Positions 46,477 through 56,660 are shown, numbered from the stretch's first letter. The stretch: 64,000 bases of DNA from Vulcanimicrobiales bacterium (GCA_038231455.1 JBBRLI010000004.1:128001-192000), one strand, 5' to 3'. Notes: generated from the sequence alone by a model not told the origin. Program-made: numbers and translations.

Positions 46477-47591
46477 GCGCCCGATGCCCGTCGCAGCAGC
46501 CAGAGGCCGATGCCGGTAAAGAGAACGTTCGGCGTCCAAGCCGCGATAAATGCCGCCGGACCGCCAAGCTCGCCAATCGACGCAAAGATGGTGACGATCA
46601 CGTAGTACACAAAGACGATTGCGACGGCAAGGCCAAATCCCAGCGACGCCCCGCCGCCGCGAGTGGGCCGCAGGCCGAAGGGAACGGCGATGAGCGCAAA
46701 GACGAATGCGGCGAAGGGCCGGGCGGCTTTTGCTTCATAGGTGGCCCGAAACTGATTCTCTTGAAGCGGCGTGAGCTGACTTTGGTCGAGCTGCTGCTTG
46801 ATCTGCGCACGGGACATCTCTTCGGGATTCGAGAGCGTCGCCCGCTTCGCAATCTCGCTCGGCGGCTCGCCAATATCAACGCGCAATTTGGGATCGGTGC
46901 TCGTGGCCGAGAGCGAACCGTCCGGCGCAATATGGTAGATCGTCGCATCGACGAACGACCACGTCGGCGCAACGTAATTCGCTTTGTCGCTGAAGATGAT
47001 CTCTGAGGGGCGCTGGTCGCGATCGTATTGGATGATCGTCACGTGCTGCAAGGTTTGCGTGGTCGGATCGAGCGCGGCGGCGTTGGTCAGTTGACGACCG
47101 CCGCCGGGGAGCGGGATTGCGATATTGAGGTTGCTCGTAATCGGTGAGAGCTTCTTGATCACCGCTTCGCGCACATAAGCCGCCCGGTCGGTCGCAAGCG
47201 GCACGACTTGCTCTTGTAATACAAGCACGATCACCGAGGTGAAGAACCCAACGACGAGCAGCGGGGTCACGATACGAATGAGGCTAATGCCACCCGCTTT
47301 CATCGCCGTGATCTCGCTCTCGCCCGAGAGACGTCCGAGCGAGAGTAAGACGCCAAGGAGCATCGCCATCGGAATGACGTAGAGCAAATACTGCGGCATG
47401 AGCAGCAAGAAGTATTGCATCGCCGCCCACAGCGGCGCGTGTTCGTCCGAGACAAGTTTGCCGAGCGCTATTAGATTGGTCGCGGTGAAGATCAGCGTAA
47501 ACGCCGAAAACCCAAACGCGAACGGACCGCCGAGTTCGCTAACCATATAGCGGTCCATAATCGTGATGCGCCGCTGCGCGCTTACCGCCAA
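46473..47591 (-). CDS. LPS export permease LptF/G
   Basis: MDRY..EL..PF, RLSGESEITAMKAGGIS, AAWTPN; start uncertain (TTG 47591 or ATG 47558). Confidence 0.88.
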   Translation of the reverse strand: MAVSAQRRITIMDRYMVSELGGPFAFGFSAFTLIFTATNLIALGKLVSDEHAPLWAAMQYFLLLMPQYLLYVIPMAMLLGVLLSLGRLSGESEITAMKAGGISLIRIVTPLLVVGFFTSVIVLVLQEQVVPLATDRAAYVREAVIKKLSPITSNLNIAIPLPGGGRQLTNAAALDPTTQTLQHVTIIQYDRDQRPSEIIFSDKANYVAPTWSFVDATIYHIAPDGSLSATSTDPKLRVDIGEPPSEIAKRATLSNPEEMSRAQIKQQLDQSQLTPLQENQFRATYEAKAARPFAAFVFALIAVPFGLRPTRGGGASLGFGLAVAIVFVYYVIVTIFASIGELGGPAAFIAAWTPNVLFTGIGLWLLRRASGA

Positions 47592-47613
47592 GGTGAGGCC
47601 TTGCGCGGAGCGA

Positions 47614-48357
47614 TCATAACCGGAAACCTTCGCCAAGATAGAACTTGCGCGCGAGTTCGGAATTGAGCACGTCATCGGCGCTGCCGGAGACTTCGATCCG
47701 GCCGTTGTTGAGAATGTAGGCCCGATCGACGATCGCGAGCGTCTCGCGCACTTGGTGGTCGGTGATCAAGACGCCGAGGCCCTTATCGCGCAACTGCCGG
47801 ATCATCGCCTGAATGTCGGCAACGGCAATCGGATCGATGCCGGTAAACGGTTCGTCGAGCAAGAGAAACGCGGGTTCCGTCGCGATCGCGCGTGCAATTT
47901 CGACGCGGCGGCGCTCGCCGCCCGAGAGCGAATCGCCTCGCGCATCGATAAAGCGCGCGAGTCCGAATTCATCGAGCAATGCGGGCAACCGTTCTTCTTG
48001 CTCTTCACGCGAGACGCCGTTCATCTCCCAGATCAACCGGATGTTGTCGCCGACAGAGAGTTTGCGGAAGATCGAATTCTCTTGCGCGAGATACCCGATA
48101 CCGGCCCGCGCACGCATGTGCATCGGCGCGCCGGTCAAATCGAAATCGCCGCCCGCACGTTCGAGCACGACGCGTCCGTCATCCGGCTTCACCAAGCCAA
48201 CGACCATGTAGAACGTCGTCGTTTTCCCCGCGCCGTTGGGACCGAGCAAGCCGACGACTTCGCCGCGACGCACGTCCGCACTCACGCCGTCCACGACCGC
48301 GCGTTTGCCGTAGCTCTTCTTGAGCGACGTGATGACGATGCGTTGCTCGTCGATCAT
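47614..48357 (-). CDS. lptB: LPS export ABC ATPase LptB
   Basis: GPNGAGKTTTFYM, GIGYLAQE.SIFRKL, LSGGERRRVEIAR, DEPFTGIDPI. Confidence 0.95.
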   Translation of the reverse strand: MIDEQRIVITSLKKSYGKRAVVDGVSADVRRGEVVGLLGPNGAGKTTTFYMVVGLVKPDDGRVVLERAGGDFDLTGAPMHMRARAGIGYLAQENSIFRKLSVGDNIRLIWEMNGVSREEQEERLPALLDEFGLARFIDARGDSLSGGERRRVEIARAIATEPAFLLLDEPFTGIDPIAVADIQAMIRQLRDKGLGVLITDHQVRETLAIVDRAYILNNGRIEVSGSADDVLNSELARKFYLGEGFRL

Positions 48358-48896
48358 CGCGCAATCGTCCGGATGTGCGCGTCTTCCAAGCGAACGTTCC
48401 CGTCGATCACGTCGCCCGTGATGCGATCGCCGCCCGGACTCGTCACGACGACATGGCCCTCGCCGTGGAGGTGTTCGTTGTCGCTCGTGTAGCGGAGTCG
48501 GTCGCAGGTCATGAGGGCGCCCGCCTGCGTGCGCGTTACTACTCCACCAGTCATCACGAGGGTTTTACTGCTTTCATCCACGGTCGCCTTTGGCGCATCG
48601 GAGGTCATCGTGCGCCCGCTCGCGTCGTAAAACTCCACGTGCGGCTGCGTAAAGACACCGGTACTATGGCCCGCGCCGTCGCGCGCGCCCGTGTACGAGG
48701 GCGCCGTGAGGTAGTAGGCCTTGCGTTTCCCATGCATACCGGTGATCGTGGGCTGCTTGCCCTCGCCTCCCGCGGCACTGACGCGAATCGGTTCGACGGT
48801 CGGCGACCCAAGGGGTCTGGGACTTGTGCTCGGGGCTGGGGCATGGGGCCGAGCGCAGCCCGCAAGCAGCACGAGCACGACGAGCCTACGCCACAC
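48354..48896 (-). CDS. lptC: LptC/LptA-like beta-jellyroll protein
   Basis: Lipobox LAGC, beta-strand-rich sequence, coupled to lptB. Confidence 0.7.
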   Translation of the reverse strand: MWRRLVVLVLLAGCARPHAPAPSTSPRPLGSPTVEPIRVSAAGGEGKQPTITGMHGKRKAYYLTAPSYTGARDGAGHSTGVFTQPHVEFYDASGRTMTSDAPKATVDESSKTLVMTGGVVTRTQAGALMTCDRLRYTSDNEHLHGEGHVVVTSPGGDRITGDVIDGNVRLEDAHIRTIAR

Positions 48897-50097
48897 GTTC
48901 GGCGAGTCCAACGCGCAGCGCCGCGATCGCAAGCGCCGAAAACAGAAACCAGATCATAAACGTTATACTCACCGAATTGAGCAGCGTGTGCAGCGTCGCC
49001 GCGCCGATTCCGCAGGTGATCCCGTACGCAAGGATCCGGTTTGGCCTGGGCGCGCCGGCGCCGATCGCGCGATAGAGCCGCACGAAGGCAACGCCCCCGT
49101 ACACGAGGGCCGCCACACCCAGAATCCCCGTTTCATCGAGGATCGAAAGCAACATGTTGTGCGGGTCGTACCCAACGGGCGTGGTCACCGGCGGCCCATC
49201 CGGCGGCCGAAAAACATCGTATGTCCGGTGGTAGGCAAGCGGCCCCATCCCGCTCAGTGGAAACCGCAGGAACGTCGTCGCGCCGGTCGCCCAGGCGGCC
49301 GTCCGTGCAAACGTATCTTGCGGGTTGTGGTGCCCAGCGCCGACGCCAAGTTCCAACGCAGCGGCAACGGCAGCGACGACGGCACCGCCGATGACGACGC
49401 GGCGACTCGCGAACCGTGCGAGGAAAAACGCCGCTCCGATTCCGCCGGCGATCAATCCGCTTCTCGAGAACGTGAACGCAAGTGTCACCGCGCAGAGCAG
49501 CAGTGCCGTTCCCGCGAGGATCCGCATCCCGCGCTCGCGCGTCGCGCCCAAGACACCCGCCGCGGTCCCGGCGATAACGAGTGTGCCCGCGGCGAGTTCG
49601 TTGGGATTGAGAAACGTTCCGACCGCGCGGCCATTGTTGACGACGGCAAGGGCGACGGGCCATTTGAGTGCCGCAAGAACGAGCGCGAGTGCGAACGCGA
49701 CGATCGAGGTGGCGAAGAGCCAGCGATAGATCGTCTGCGGCGCGCCGGCTTCGCCGTAATAGCGTTCGAGACCGTAATGCGAGATCGCATACGAGAGCAG
49801 CGCAAGCGAAAAGACGACGCCCGTGATTGGCTCGAAGCCGAGCGCCCCGCCAAGGAGCGTCACGATAAAATTCGCGGCGACGGGCCAGAAGAGCGGTCCG
49901 AGCGGCTGAAGTCGGCGCGTAACGCCGATGCCGACAACGACCGTGAGTGCGAGAATACTGATAAGGATCGCAAGCGTTGGCGCGTACGGGACGAGCGGCG
50001 CAACGGGCGGACGTGATTGGTCGAGCACCGCGAACATCCCGTACGCCGGCATCGTGCAATACAAGAGCGCGAGCGCCAAGACGACAATCCGGTTCAC
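48886..50097 (-). CDS. O-antigen ligase family (Wzy_C) membrane protein
   Basis: RAVGTFLNPNELA, TFSRSG, PHNMLL..ETGILG. Confidence 0.85.
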   Translation of the reverse strand: MNRIVVLALALLYCTMPAYGMFAVLDQSRPPVAPLVPYAPTLAILISILALTVVVGIGVTRRLQPLGPLFWPVAANFIVTLLGGALGFEPITGVVFSLALLSYAISHYGLERYYGEAGAPQTIYRWLFATSIVAFALALVLAALKWPVALAVVNNGRAVGTFLNPNELAAGTLVIAGTAAGVLGATRERGMRILAGTALLLCAVTLAFTFSRSGLIAGGIGAAFFLARFASRRVVIGGAVVAAVAAALELGVGAGHHNPQDTFARTAAWATGATTFLRFPLSGMGPLAYHRTYDVFRPPDGPPVTTPVGYDPHNMLLSILDETGILGVAALVYGGVAFVRLYRAIGAGAPRPNRILAYGITCGIGAATLHTLLNSVSITFMIWFLFSALAIAALRVGLAERVA

Positions 50098-51230
50098 GCG
50101 GCGTGCTCCGCGATTCGCACGATCTCTTCGGCGATCCGCGCCGCGCCGCCGCTCCCACCCATGCGCTTGCGACCGATCGCGCCCATGCGCTCGCGACGCC
50201 CGGCATCATCGAGCAGGGCGACGATCGCGCGCGCGGCGCCATCGACATCACCGGGAACGATCGTCAGCGCCTCGCCGAGTAATTTTGCTTGCCGCATGCG
50301 ATACCAACCGGCTGCGCGCGAGGTGCTCGGGGTTTCGAGCGCTACGACCGGGAGCCCGCAGCCCGCCGCCGCTTCGTTTGCCGTTCCGGCCTGACCGATT
50401 GCAACCGTTGCAGTTGCGAGCAGCGTCCCCAGTCCGTCGCGCACGCCCCGCAGCATCAGCGGTTCGGTTGCGCGAAAGGGCGTGGAGCTCGACTCCTCGC
50501 GCAAGCTCCAACCGTCTGCGCGCAAGGCCTCGATGAATCGCCCGGCGTCGAGACCCGGCGCAAGCGACATCGCTGCCTCCACGTCGGCATGTAATTCTCC
50601 AACACGGCGGGCGACCGCGGCCAGAAGTACCGCATCGCCGTAGGCGGGCTCGCGCGAGCCCGGCAAAAGCGCAAGACGCAGTGATTTTGTCCAAACGAGC
50701 GAGGCTGCATCATCGTGTAGCAGGTCGACGATGACGTTGCCCGGTGCTCGTGCTTCTACGCCGTGCGCGCATAAATCGACCGCCGTCGCTTCGTCACGCA
50801 CGAAGACGGCGCGCGCCCGACGCAGCACCCGCCGTTCGAGCGAACCGTACGGAACGACGTGCACGCTCTTCGCCGTCCCGACGTAGACGATCGGCAACCC
50901 GGCAAACGTCGCGAGCAACAGCGCGTACACATCACCAACGGCAACGACGCAATCGTACGCCGAGTGGGCAGCCCGCAAGAACGCGATCTGGCCGCCGAGC
51001 AACGACAAAAATCCGGCGCGCAAGTCGCGCGAAAAAGCGGCGAGATTGCCCATCGCTACCAGGCCGCCGCTGGGCATTGCGCGCTGCGGACCGACGTCGA
51101 CGAACGACGCATCGCCAAAGCCCGCACCGACAAGCGCGAGGTGGTGCGTCTGGGCGCGCGGGAGTTCGCGCGCGATTCGCGCCGCGATCGCCGCTTCACC
51201 GTGGCCGTTCGTCACGAAGAGGATGCGCAC
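50094..51230 (-). CDS. Lipid-A-disaccharide synthase-related GT-B protein
   Basis: NGHGE, MPSGG, LLPGSR, AGTANE. Confidence 0.75.
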   Translation of the reverse strand: MRILFVTNGHGEAAIAARIARELPRAQTHHLALVGAGFGDASFVDVGPQRAMPSGGLVAMGNLAAFSRDLRAGFLSLLGGQIAFLRAAHSAYDCVVAVGDVYALLLATFAGLPIVYVGTAKSVHVVPYGSLERRVLRRARAVFVRDEATAVDLCAHGVEARAPGNVIVDLLHDDAASLVWTKSLRLALLPGSREPAYGDAVLLAAVARRVGELHADVEAAMSLAPGLDAGRFIEALRADGWSLREESSSTPFRATEPLMLRGVRDGLGTLLATATVAIGQAGTANEAAAGCGLPVVALETPSTSRAAGWYRMRQAKLLGEALTIVPGDVDGAARAIVALLDDAGRRERMGAIGRKRMGGSGGAARIAEEIVRIAEHAA

Positions 51231-51970
51231 TATGCGTGAACCGCATCGAGTAGCGGCACAAGATCGAAGCGCGTGATACGCGCACGCTCCGGGGTCAGCG
51301 TAAGCTCGGTGCGCGAGACAAATCGGCCGTACGGTCCCGCGTGCACGATCGGGACCTCACCGACATACTCCGGTTGCGGCAGCGTGTCATGACTGTGTCC
51401 GCCGAGAAGTAAATCGATGCGCGGGACGCGGCGCGCGAGCTCGCGGTCGGCACGAAGTCCAAGATGCGAGAGCGCGACGAGCGTGACGTCCGCGGGCGTC
51501 GATGCAGCGATGTGTTCGGCGACGACGAACGGATCGAGAAACCGCCAACCGAAGATCTTCTCCCAAAAACTGCCGACCGGATATTGCGGCACCAGCAAGC
51601 CGAAAAAGCGCACGTCCCGCGAGCGGATACCATCATCGTACCGCAGCGTCTTTTCGGCCACGAACGGCAGCGTGCGGCCTTTGGTATCGACGAGATTCGC
51701 ACACAAGAGCGGATGCTGCATCAAACGAACGCGCGCTTCAACGGCACCAAAGAGGTAGTGGAATTCGCGATTTCCCATCGCTTGCAGATCGTAGCCCGCC
51801 GCATCGATCTCCGTGACGATGGGTTCGCGGCGGTGAAAGACGGTTTGCGAACCGCGCAGTGAGTCGCCGCAATCGACGAGTAGGCCGGGCTCTGCTGCTC
51901 GCAGGGCGTGCAACTTCGCTGCGATCTGGCCGTTGTCGTGCAGGTCGGAGGTATGATAGATCCGGATCAT
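51230..51970 (-). CDS. Calcineurin-like metallophosphoesterase (5'-nucleotidase N-domain type)
   Basis: SDLH, DCGD, MGNREF, LSHLG, GGHSH. Confidence 0.85.
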   Translation of the reverse strand: MIRIYHTSDLHDNGQIAAKLHALRAAEPGLLVDCGDSLRGSQTVFHRREPIVTEIDAAGYDLQAMGNREFHYLFGAVEARVRLMQHPLLCANLVDTKGRTLPFVAEKTLRYDDGIRSRDVRFFGLLVPQYPVGSFWEKIFGWRFLDPFVVAEHIAASTPADVTLVALSHLGLRADRELARRVPRIDLLLGGHSHDTLPQPEYVGEVPIVHAGPYGRFVSRTELTLTPERARITRFDLVPLLDAVHA

Positions 51971-53073
51971 GTCGCGGCGAGGCCCAATGCGTACACGGCG
52001 CAGCGGTCGAGCGTCGCGGGATCGCCGAGTTCGGCGCGTAGCGCGGCGAACTGCGCATGTTGCATGCTCGCATCCGCAAGCAATCGCTCGAGCGCAGATG
52101 CAAGTGCGGCGGACGTTGCCGCAGCTTGAATGAATTCCGGCACGACCTCGTCGTTCAGGATCAAATTTGGGATCGTGATAAAGCGGCCCGAATAGACGCG
52201 TAAGGCGATCTTGTATTGCGCATCTGAGAGCACGTAAAGCGCGATTGTCGGCACGTCAAGAAGCGCCGCTTCGAGCACCGCCGTCCCCGAGGCGATGGCG
52301 GCGACGTCGGCCGCGAGGAGCGCTGGCCGCGCACCGCGCACGATCCTTACGTCGAGATCGGTATACGCACGAAGCGCCGCACGCAGGGACTGCTCCGCAT
52401 CGTCGTCGGCTGCTCCTAAGACGATCTTGAGGTCGGGACGCGTCTGGCGAAGTGCGCGCGCGGCGGCAAAGAGGGGTGCGGTGTGTCGGTCGATTTCGCT
52501 GCGACGACTACCGGGGAGGATTGCAATCGTACCGCCACCCGAGGGTGCCGGCGCGCGCGGTTCGCGCGGCTCGATCGTCGCAACGAGCGGGTGTCCGAAG
52601 TGCGCGATCGGCAGGTCGAGCGACCGATAGAAATCGCGCTGATGCGTAAAGGGCGTGAGCGGTGCGCAAAGCCGTGCGACTTGGCGCGCGCGCTTCGCAT
52701 TATCCAGCCACGCCGCAGGCGGAAAATAATACAGAATCCGGCCGCGGTATCCGATGCGCCGCAGCGTACTTGCGAGCCGTACGTTAAACGCGCCAAAGTC
52801 GATGAGCACGAGCAGATCGGGCGGATCGCGCTTCAGTTCGAACGCGGTGAGGAACATGATCGAGAGCAACTTGGGAATTTTTCCAAGCGCGTCGATCGGA
52901 CCCATCGAGGCCCAGCCGCGCGTCGACCAGCGCAGCGTAAATCCGGCAGCACGCATGCGCTCGTTGCCGATCCCCTCACACTGCAAGTCCGCGACATGCG
53001 CGCGCATTGCGCGAGCAAGGTCGACTGCCGCAAGTTCTCCGGACGCCTCGCCCGTCGAGAAAAAGACGCGCAT
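51967..53073 (-). CDS. lpxB: Lipid-A-disaccharide synthase LpxB
   Basis: GEASGE, ID..FN, GHP, LPGSRRSEI, ASGTAVLE, PN, VPEFIQ. Confidence 0.9.
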   Translation of the reverse strand: MRVFFSTGEASGELAAVDLARAMRAHVADLQCEGIGNERMRAAGFTLRWSTRGWASMGPIDALGKIPKLLSIMFLTAFELKRDPPDLLVLIDFGAFNVRLASTLRRIGYRGRILYYFPPAAWLDNAKRARQVARLCAPLTPFTHQRDFYRSLDLPIAHFGHPLVATIEPREPRAPAPSGGGTIAILPGSRRSEIDRHTAPLFAAARALRQTRPDLKIVLGAADDDAEQSLRAALRAYTDLDVRIVRGARPALLAADVAAIASGTAVLEAALLDVPTIALYVLSDAQYKIALRVYSGRFITIPNLILNDEVVPEFIQAAATSAALASALERLLADASMQHAQFAALRAELGDPATLDRCAVYALGLAAT

Positions 53074-53081
53074 CGCGCGCG

Positions 53082-53849
53082 CTACTTCATGATCCCGCGG
53101 GGCGATTCGGCTTCGACGAAGGCGAGCACCGCGCGACCCGCGTCGGTTTTCACTGTCTCTTTGAGCGCGATGACCGCTTGCGAGATGTTGCGGTCCGAAC
53201 GATAGATCGTCTTGTACGCATCTTTGAGATCCGAGAGCACCTCGGCGGAAAACGCATGGCGCCGGAGGCCCGGCGAATTGAGTCCGTAGACTTCCGCCGG
53301 ATTGCCTTCGGCAAGAAAATACGGCGGCAGATCGCGCACCATCTTCGTATAGCCGCCGACGAAACTGTATGCACCGACGCGTACGAACTGGTGGATTCCG
53401 GCCATGCCGCCGATACCCGCGTAGTCTTCGACCGTCACATGGCCGGCGAGCTGCGCGAGATTCGACATCGTGACGCCGTTTCCAACGCGGCAGTTGTGCG
53501 CGATGTGCACGTAGGCGAGCAGCAGACAGTCGTTACCGATCGAGGTGACTTCGCCCTCACCCGTCGCGCGGTGGACGCTTGCGTATTCGCGTATGACGGT
53601 CCGGTCGCCGATCGTCGTATAGGCGATCTCATCGCTTGCTTTGCGGTCTTGCGAACTCGCGCCGAGCGACGCGAACGGATGCACGATCGTCTCTTCGCCG
53701 ATCGTCGTGTGACCGTTGACGACGACTTGCGCGAGCAATTTCGAACCCGCGCCGATCGAGACGTGTTCGCCCACGATACAAAACGGGCCGATCTCGGCGG
53801 TCGCAGCGATGTTGGCGTTCGGGTGAACGATTGCAGTCGGGTGAATCAT
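53082..53849 (-). CDS. lpxA: UDP-GlcNAc O-acyltransferase LpxA
   Basis: MIHPTAIVHP, hexapeptide repeats, IREY.SVHR, HIAHNC, HQFVRVG. Confidence 0.95.
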   Translation of the reverse strand: MIHPTAIVHPNANIAATAEIGPFCIVGEHVSIGAGSKLLAQVVVNGHTTIGEETIVHPFASLGASSQDRKASDEIAYTTIGDRTVIREYASVHRATGEGEVTSIGNDCLLLAYVHIAHNCRVGNGVTMSNLAQLAGHVTVEDYAGIGGMAGIHQFVRVGAYSFVGGYTKMVRDLPPYFLAEGNPAEVYGLNSPGLRRHAFSAEVLSDLKDAYKTIYRSDRNISQAVIALKETVKTDAGRAVLAFVEAESPRGIMK

Positions 53850-54319
53850 AGGTGGAGGATCGTCGCGTCCAGGCGGAACGCGCGCGGATCGATCGAGACG
53901 GAGAACATTAATTCGCCCGAGACGGCAAGCTCGCCATCGACGCGCGCTTCGGCCTGAACCCACCCGATGTTCTTGCGCGTTTTGGTCACGGTCGTGGTCA
54001 TCATGAAACAGTCTCCCGGCACGACCGGTCGTCGGAAACGCACTTTGTCGACGCCCACAAGGTACGTTACTTTGCGATGCATGTCGCCCGGGTTGAGCAC
54101 GGCGCACCCGCCCAGTTGCGCCATCGCCTCGATCATGTACACGCCGGGCATCAGGGGATTGCCCGGAAAATGCCCCTGCACCCACGGCTCGTTCGCGCTG
54201 ACGTTGCGGTAGCCGACGGCCCGAACGCCCGGAACGAGTTCCGTGATGCGGTCGATGAGCAACATGGGATAGCGGTGCGGCAAGATCGACATGATCTCGC
54301 GCACGTCGTGAATGGACAT
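53846..54319 (-). CDS. fabZ: 3-hydroxyacyl-ACP dehydratase FabZ
   Basis: LPHRYPMLLIDR, GHFPGNPLMPGV..EAMAQ. Confidence 0.95.
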   Translation of the reverse strand: MSIHDVREIMSILPHRYPMLLIDRITELVPGVRAVGYRNVSANEPWVQGHFPGNPLMPGVYMIEAMAQLGGCAVLNPGDMHRKVTYLVGVDKVRFRRPVVPGDCFMMTTTVTKTRKNIGWVQAEARVDGELAVSGELMFSVSIDPRAFRLDATILHL

Positions 54320-54320
54320 G

Positions 54321-55172
54321 CTAAGGAACGACGGCGGTAATCGGGCTGGCAGCGCTCCACGGTGCGAGCTCGCGCACCGCCGTGCAATGCAATTTGTGAC
54401 CGCTCTTGATCGCAATGACCTCGCACTGAGGATAGGCGCCCAAAAGCGCAAAGTCGCCGATCAGATCGAGGATCTTGTGGCGCGCGGGTTCGTCGCGCAT
54501 CCGCAGCGGTGCGAGCGGACCCTCGGGTCCGAACACCACGGCATTGTCGAGCGTGCCACCTTGCGCGAGCCCGCGGCGGATGAGTGCTTCGACTTCGTGC
54601 AAGAATCCGAAGGTTCGCGCGGGCGCAACTTCGGCAGCGTAGTTTGCCGGGTCGATCTCGACATCGACGAACTGCGAACCGATCGGCGCGGGATAGTCGA
54701 CGGTCATCCGCACGCGAAACGTTGAACTTGGCGTGACGATGAGCGTCTTGTCGCCGTCACGGAAGACCAGGGGCTCGGTGACGATGAAGCGCTGACGCGG
54801 TTCGGTGAGCGTTGCGGTGCCGACGGCGAGAATCGCATCGGCGAAAACTTTTGCGCTGCCGTCCATCACGGGAATCTCCGGTCCGTCAACCGCGATGAGA
54901 GCGTTGTCGACGCCCATTCCCACCATTGCGGAGAGCAGGTGTTCGACGGTCGAGACGGTGTGCTCGCCGCTTCCGAGCACCGTCGCGCGGCGCGTGTCGA
55001 CGACGTATTCGCCACGGGCCGGAAACGTGACCGCGTTATTGAGACGAAAGCTCAGGCCCGCCCCCGCGCGCGCGGGAAAAATGCGCACGCGAGCCGGCTG
55101 GCCCGTATGCAATCCGATTCCCGCAAACTCAATTGAGTCGCGTAAGGTCGCTTGAAGCTGCACTCGTCTCAT
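54321..55172 (-). CDS. lpxC: UDP-3-O-acyl-GlcNAc deacetylase LpxC
   Basis: GIGLHTG, TVEHLLSA, ARTFG, HKILDLIGD, GHKLH. Confidence 0.95.
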   Translation of the reverse strand: MRRVQLQATLRDSIEFAGIGLHTGQPARVRIFPARAGAGLSFRLNNAVTFPARGEYVVDTRRATVLGSGEHTVSTVEHLLSAMVGMGVDNALIAVDGPEIPVMDGSAKVFADAILAVGTATLTEPRQRFIVTEPLVFRDGDKTLIVTPSSTFRVRMTVDYPAPIGSQFVDVEIDPANYAAEVAPARTFGFLHEVEALIRRGLAQGGTLDNAVVFGPEGPLAPLRMRDEPARHKILDLIGDFALLGAYPQCEVIAIKSGHKLHCTAVRELAPWSAASPITAVVP

Positions 55173-55230
55173 CCTACCAACTGAACGAAACCGCGGACAC
55201 CGAAGGTTTCGTCCGTCAACGCCGCTTCAA

Positions 55231-56259
55231 TCACGCTTTGCGAGCGCTCTCTAAGGCATCGACCCGAGCGAACAGCTTTGGAAGATTCTTAAGGAACACC
55301 TGCCCTCGTACTTCGTCGCGGTGGTTGCGCGCCGGGCGACCCGAAACGAACGCACCGTCCGCAAGATCGTTCCAAACCGCGGTGCCGCCGGCAACCGTTA
55401 CGCGCGAGCCGATGGTAATGTGCCCGTTGAAGCCGCTCTGACCGCCGACGCGAACGTAGTCGCCAAGCGTCGTGGAACCGGAGATGCCGTTTTGCGCGGC
55501 AAGCGCCGAGTGTTTGCCGATCCGCACGTTGTGGCCGATCTGGCAAAGATTATCGATCTTCGTGCCCTCGCCAATGCGGGTCACGCCGGTCTGCGCGCGG
55601 TCGACGGTGGTGTTCGCGCCGATCTCCACATCATCGCCGAGTTCGACGATCCCGATCTGCGGAATCTTGCGCAGGCGTCCGTCCAAGAACGCCCATCCGA
55701 AGCCGTCCGATCCGATCACGGCGCCCGGCTGCAGTACGCAGCGCGCGCCGATCCGCGAACCATTCTCGATCACCACGCGCGCGTGCAAATAGGTCTGCTC
55801 GCCGATCGCAACGTCATCGCCGATCGCGCTGCCCGCGCCGAGGATGGCACCGGCACCAACGGTCGTACGCGCGCCAACGCTCACGTGCGGCCCGACGTAG
55901 ACATCGGCACCCACACGCGCAGATGGATCGACGGCGGCGGTGGGATGGACGAAGGGGCCTTGCGGACGCGGCGGCTCGAGTTCGGCCAAGAGGGCCGCAA
56001 GCGCGAGCCGCGTCGACTCGACGACGACGAGGGGCTTCGTCGGCGCGTCGACTTCACGTGCAAGTGCGGCATCGGTTAGAACAGCCGACGCCTTGGAGGC
56101 AAGGGCCGCCTTGAGATATGTCGCGTCGGTTGCGAACGTCATCGATCCGGGACCGACGTCCTCAATCGCGCGCAGACCCTCGATGAGGATCGTTCCATCC
56201 CCGATCACGCGACCGCCGGTACGCTCGGCGATTGCGGCAAGCGTACCGAGTCCGCTCAC
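55231..56259 (-). CDS. lpxD: UDP-3-O-acylglucosamine N-acyltransferase LpxD
   Basis: IGSDGFG, KIPQIG, DR, TKIDNLCQIGHN. Confidence 0.95.
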   Translation of the reverse strand: MSGLGTLAAIAERTGGRVIGDGTILIEGLRAIEDVGPGSMTFATDATYLKAALASKASAVLTDAALAREVDAPTKPLVVVESTRLALAALLAELEPPRPQGPFVHPTAAVDPSARVGADVYVGPHVSVGARTTVGAGAILGAGSAIGDDVAIGEQTYLHARVVIENGSRIGARCVLQPGAVIGSDGFGWAFLDGRLRKIPQIGIVELGDDVEIGANTTVDRAQTGVTRIGEGTKIDNLCQIGHNVRIGKHSALAAQNGISGSTTLGDYVRVGGQSGFNGHITIGSRVTVAGGTAVWNDLADGAFVSGRPARNHRDEVRGQVFLKNLPKLFARVDALESARKA

Positions 56260-56660
56260 GGCGCGGGCGTCGCCTTTGCTTCATCGATCTTGAGGATTTT
56301 CTCGACATCCGCGGTGATGTCGACGCCGCCAAAGCCCGTCGCCTGACGTGTGAAAACCATCGTCAGATGCTTCTCGCTTGCGACCTGCTGCGAGGCGCTG
56401 GAAAGATCTTGAGCGATTTCGTTTTGAAACTGCACGTAGCGATCTTGCAGCTTCGCGCGCAGTTTCGCTTTGTCGGATGCCGATGCGTTCGACCGTTCGA
56501 TCGTCGCGGCGTCAGCGTTGATTTGGTTCTGGTTGTTGATGTATTTCGGCCAATAGCCGGCAAGGCGCTGGACGTCGAGCGTTGCGATATCGCTTTTTGG
56601 CGCCGCGGTGCAAGCGGCAAGGGCGGTTGTGAGCAGTGCGGCGATGATGGTGCGTTTCAC
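56256..56660 (-). CDS. Small Skp/OmpH-like lipoprotein
   Basis: Lipobox LAAC, IATLDVQ, C-terminal GGVDITADV. Confidence 0.6.
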   Translation of the reverse strand: MKRTIIAALLTTALAACTAAPKSDIATLDVQRLAGYWPKYINNQNQINADAATIERSNASASDKAKLRAKLQDRYVQFQNEIAQDLSSASQQVASEKHLTMVFTRQATGFGGVDITADVEKILKIDEAKATPAP

